Shown here piece by piece: positions 60,085 to 64,000 of a stretch of 64,000 bases of DNA. Origin of the DNA: Halocafeteria seosinensis (lineage: Eukaryota); the NCBI GenBank assembly GCA_001687465.1, contig LVLI01000084.1, positions 1 through 64,000 on the forward strand, given 5' to 3'. The notes below the pieces were generated by a model that did not search any database, was not told the origin of the DNA, and saw only the letters and a list, made by a program, of their open reading frames with translations. Both the position numbers and the translations under genes were made by a program. Position 1 is the first letter of the stretch. Every line of letters begins with the position of its first letter.

Positions 60085-60727
60085 GAGGAACGTTATTCCG
60101 TTTTCAATCAATTCATCCAGTAAACGGATCCTGATACACAATTTGTGTAAGGAGCAGAATTCGCCGGAAAAATGTGAATTCCTCTTTTGAAAGACACAGC
60201 CACTCTCGATTCCTTTCGTTCTATTTCACTCAGTAATCAGTCTTTTCGCCTAGTTTCAACGACGGCAAACAGGCCTAGAGTACAATATTGAAAGAATACC
60301 ATATGATGTAACTTTGAGAACGGTGTCGGCTTGTGCATAAACAATCCCTAGACGTCCTCTAGCGATAGAAGACGTCGTGTGAAGGTGAGCTTCACAAGGC
60401 AGCGGAGAGGAATCCAACTTGATTATCCAAGATTACCGGGTACTGTTCTCCAACCTGAGTGTGCAAGGCAAGGGCTCTCCCAGAACTTTTCCGCCCATCA
60501 CACGGAGCTGTTCAGATAGAATCCTTGTAAAGGCGCAGGAACAAACTCAACAGCCGTTTTACAGCTTTTCAACATACCAAAAGCAGCCCACATCCGCCGG
60601 ATTCCTTGAGACAGACACACTCGAAAGCATTCCAACTTTCGCAGAGGATAAGATACCAGCGATCCCCCAGGCAAGGATTCACTTCACTATCGCGCCCTTA
60701 CAGCTGGGGTCGCTTTCTTCTTTTCCA

Positions 60728-61195
60728 CTACCTAGCCTCTGCGCAGCATTGGGTGCAAGGTTCGACCTTGTTTTGCCCTACACGACAATAGGGTCCAACA
60801 GTGGGGACAAATTGACAGATTTTATCCTCTTCACGTTGGCATGTTCTGCAGGGGATTTCTGCAGTGGTATCTGTGCATGGTGTACACGGTTGAGATTTGG
60901 TGCAAAAGGGGCCTTGGTGGTTCCCACAGTCCCGTTCAGTATTTGGTTCTTTCCCGCCTTTTGCACTTAAATAGCAGTCCCGACGAACAAAATCCTGCAA
61001 AAATACAATATGCATTTTGATAATTGAATTATGCCACTGCCACTGCCACAGCACCGGTAAAAGCCTCCTTACATCGTCGTCCGGAGGAGGCTTCATCCCA
61101 GCCTTAAGCACGAACCCCCATTCCACCACGATCAATGCCAGCAAGAATACCGTGACAACGAAGGATCGTTGTCTTGAAGTCGACGTGAGCACCAT
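60728..61195 (-). CDS. Small secreted or type II membrane cysteine-rich protein; intron 61072-60995
   Basis: Hydrophobic N-terminal helix followed by a 14-Cys-type domain with two GP(F/Y)C...PC..C half-repeats. Confidence 0.65.
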   Translation of the reverse strand: MVLTSTSRQRSFVVTVFLLALIVVEWGFVLKAGMKPPPDDDVRRLLPVLWQWQWHNSIIKMHIVFLQDFVRRDCYLSAKGGKEPNTERDCGNHQGPFCTKSQPCTPCTDTTAEIPCRTCQREEDKICQFVPTVGPYCRVGQNKVEPCTQCCAEAR

Positions 61196-61923
61196 CTTTG
61201 ATGAATTGATAACCGGGAGGCTTTTCAAAAAAAAACACAAGCTACCGTTATGGGGTCAGGGTGAAAATCAAAGAGCACAGGCCACGAAATATGGTATAAA
61301 TGAATGGCGCAAGCCCAAGAACTATGTAAACTTCCCTATGGACAACACTTTGTTTTCTATTGGAGGAGAATGTACCATGTAACTGGACAAAACGTCTTGG
61401 CTGGAATCCAGCTTCACAGCTCAGTGGAATCGAAATTCAGAATTATCGGATGTAGTTTGCAGGGCACCTGGAGATTCGGACTGGAAACAATGACGATGCA
61501 TCTTTAGATGCCAGCGTGAAGGATAGCCAATATTAGGAGCGTCTTTGATTTGATCATTATAGTGTGGTACAGTTGTTCATTTTGTTTATGTTTCTACCTT
61601 AAACAAACCAGGCTGACACTGCTTCTGTGGTTCCTCACAAAACTGTCCGGTGATTGCTTGTTTAGGATGTGTGTATTAGTATTGCTCCTAGCGGAAGACG
61701 TGTAATCTACAGACTACGCTAGGAGTGAACCCTATCCGGAATCGCTCCAACATCTTCACGTTGTGGCGCATCAACGTGACAGTTTAGCCGTCTTCAGCTT
61801 TCGAAAGTTCCCGTTGTTCCCCAGCGGGAGCCCGGTGCTTTCCTGTTTAGGATCCATAAGCTTGAGGAGCTTCGAATTGCTGTGTAGTCAAAGCATGATT
61901 CATATAGCAACCTCTCAATTTCA

Positions 61924-63828
61924 TTAATTAAGCGTCGAGACCTCACTTACATCTGGATTCCAATAATGGTTGGCTCTTCTGTATACATAGTTCAGAGCGT
62001 CAAAGCGATCATTACTTCCCGTTTCCTTGTCTGGGTGATGAACTTGTGAAAGTCTGTGATACAACTTCCGACGTTGTTTAGGATCAGCGTGCCATGAAGT
62101 AGCGTCGAGAACTCGGGAGAGCTCTTCCCAGTGGTAACTGATATCGGAATTGCTGCGGAGACGAGCAAGAGCAGGAAACTCACTATGAGCAGCAGAATTA
62201 CGAACTAGTTCGTCAGCTGCCGAGATCGCTGAAATTAGCTTCTTTCCAGCATTAAGAGTAATTAATAGCACGGGGAGGGCTGCATCGTCAGGATCGCTTC
62301 TTTCTACTGCAGCCGCTGGCACATGTATTAAACCAAGTTCATTGTTGACTACGATCATAGCAGCCGCTCCGGCAGTTCTGACATAGTGTTGTTTCTCGCC
62401 AAAGGGACAGACTCCTCGAAGGACTACCACGAATGCATTCTCCGTTTCCTCCGGGTCGTTTTTCAAAGGTTCGCATGCTAATTGCGGATCACCGAGCACA
62501 ATCCTCAGTGGATTCACAGGATATCTATCTCCAAACTCACCCCTCAAAAATTCATCCTCAATATCGAATTTCCAGTTGTCTGGATCTTCAGCCTCATCCT
62601 CATCATCGTCTTCTGACATTGAAAGACGATGCGTTTCTCCATCTGCATCCTTCCAAATGAGATCTCCATTTTGATCCATCTCTACTTCTTCTGCATCCAG
62701 CTCGTTCATACTTGAAGTCATATCTCCCTTAGTTGCCTGAAGTATAGCCCGGCGTTTATTCTCTTCAATACTGACTTTCTTTTCATATTCCTGTTTTCGT
62801 GTTTGGGGAAGCTGAACTCGCAAGAGGCCAGAAGTAGAGTTTCCATCATCCTCTTCCTTCCGAGGATCTTCATCGACTTGGTCATCAGGATGCAGTGACT
62901 TACAGTATTGACCATCTCTGGGGATTCTTGCAGCAAGTTCACCGGAGTCCTGCTGAAGCTCCGCAAGAATCTTTAGTGCTTCACTTCCTACCATGACCAC
63001 AGGAAGGTCAATATCCTGAGTTTCTGTTTCCGTTAGCGGCATTCTGAAAGGTTCACCAAAATCGTTTACGACGATCACTCCTAAAGCAATCTGGGATTGC
63101 GCGATGAGTGCTTTGTCACTAAACGAGCATGTCCCCCGTTGGACTACAACAAAACTATTCGCCACTTCCTCCTGATTCTTGTATACACTGCAGCCATGAG
63201 GAGGGTCTGCTTGAACCAAAGGGGCTCTTTTACAGAATGCTGGCCCTCCAAACAAAGCTTTCACGTAGGGAATCGAAGTCACAGGATAGTCATCTTTGAC
63301 TATTTCTACCTTTCCGGTGGAACCGTCAATACGATTGGTTCCGTAGAGGAGATTCATCATAATCTCTGTCCTGTTTTCGCCATTTGGAGCTCGGAATGTT
63401 AAGGTCTTGGGAATATCAGCTTCGTGAATCATTTGAACGACATCCATTACCGGGAGTTCTTTGATGTCTTCACCATTCACAGCCACTAAAGCGTCTCCGG
63501 CTTTTAGCCATCCCTTTACTTCTCCTTGACCCATTTTCCCGTTTATTTTCGAAAACCCCACTATTTGTAACCTCTCATCAAACCGTATACCCAAAGGATC
63601 ATGAGAGAAAAATTCCACATTGAAAAGCCCTGCATCCAGTAATTCATCATCTTCATCGAATGCAGCGCGTCGTGTCATATCTCGTTGTGACAGGGAATTC
63701 GGCGGAGCGCCATGGCTTGGAGTGCAGCACAGGGAAGCTGATGTTGCCAGCCATGCCATTACTAGAATCCGTGTCCCAGAAAACGTTAGAATTGGGCATT
63801 GCTTCGTCTTGGCAGGAAATAGCGCCAT
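61924..63828 (-). CDS. PDZ + two PA (protease-associated) domains + C-terminal J-domain-like (HPD) protein; intronless
   Basis: PLGIRF...LKAGDALVAVNG (PDZ); VVQRGTCSFSDKA and VVLRGVCPFGEKQ (PA); KLYHRLSQVHHPDKETGSNDRF..LNYVY (J-like). Confidence 0.8.
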   Translation of the reverse strand: MALFPAKTKQCPILTFSGTRILVMAWLATSASLCCTPSHGAPPNSLSQRDMTRRAAFDEDDELLDAGLFNVEFFSHDPLGIRFDERLQIVGFSKINGKMGQGEVKGWLKAGDALVAVNGEDIKELPVMDVVQMIHEADIPKTLTFRAPNGENRTEIMMNLLYGTNRIDGSTGKVEIVKDDYPVTSIPYVKALFGGPAFCKRAPLVQADPPHGCSVYKNQEEVANSFVVVQRGTCSFSDKALIAQSQIALGVIVVNDFGEPFRMPLTETETQDIDLPVVMVGSEALKILAELQQDSGELAARIPRDGQYCKSLHPDDQVDEDPRKEEDDGNSTSGLLRVQLPQTRKQEYEKKVSIEENKRRAILQATKGDMTSSMNELDAEEVEMDQNGDLIWKDADGETHRLSMSEDDDEDEAEDPDNWKFDIEDEFLRGEFGDRYPVNPLRIVLGDPQLACEPLKNDPEETENAFVVVLRGVCPFGEKQHYVRTAGAAAMIVVNNELGLIHVPAAAVERSDPDDAALPVLLITLNAGKKLISAISAADELVRNSAAHSEFPALARLRSNSDISYHWEELSRVLDATSWHADPKQRRKLYHRLSQVHHPDKETGSNDRFDALNYVYRRANHYWNPDVSEVSTLN

Positions 63829-64000
63829 TCTGGATGAAATTCCAAGTATACAGTCACTTGATGCGTTTCACGCCTACTTCACAAGCCCCTCTTCGTGTCC
63901 CATTAGGGTGCAAAAGAGCCACTGTGTATACTGGACTACAATATTTTCAAATTATCTATCAGCGTAATTTGAAGCTCATAGTACAAGGGAGTAGAATATG

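Noticed and set aside
1..64000. Alternative genetic code, stop readthrough or programmed frameshifting suggested by fragmented ORFs
   Set aside because: Apart from the GT2 remnant, the breaks I examined in conserved genes are resolved by introns, and TAA, TAG and TGA all serve as terminal stops.

Overview
Gene-dense eukaryotic nuclear DNA, probably from a protist (stramenopile-like gene content; the lineage is an inference). It uses the standard code and has many short (about 55-110 nt) GT-AG introns with GTAAGT/GTACGT/GTATGT donors and YAG (often TGCAG) acceptors. About 25 protein genes can be reconstructed by hand: an Asp/Asn beta-hydroxylase, FAH hydrolase, SETD3-like methyltransferase, Sec14-GOLD, a hidden 5-exon calmodulin-like gene, a giant Cys-rich membrane protein, an LRR protein, insulinase, a CHD remodeler, Ubc6, PurA, mitochondrial L12, a lysine methyltransferase, a Ttd14-like protein, CLN3, SAPS-like, Cwc24/RNF113, SVOP-like MFS, Cdc14, isocitrate dehydrogenase, GT90, a double-BAH protein and a PDZ-PA-PA-J protein. 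Main highlights: (1) an apparently obligatory AT-AC intron with U2-type rather than U12-type signals in the Sec14 gene; (2) a bacterial-type long isocitrate dehydrogenase with a mitochondrial-like presequence on a separate exon; (3) a CHD helicase with PDZ and QLQ domains; (4) two convergent genes whose stop codons overlap in one TTAA; (5) a recent 480-bp in-frame tandem duplication in a surface-protein gene. No rRNA, tRNA, CRISPR array or intact mobile element was recognised.
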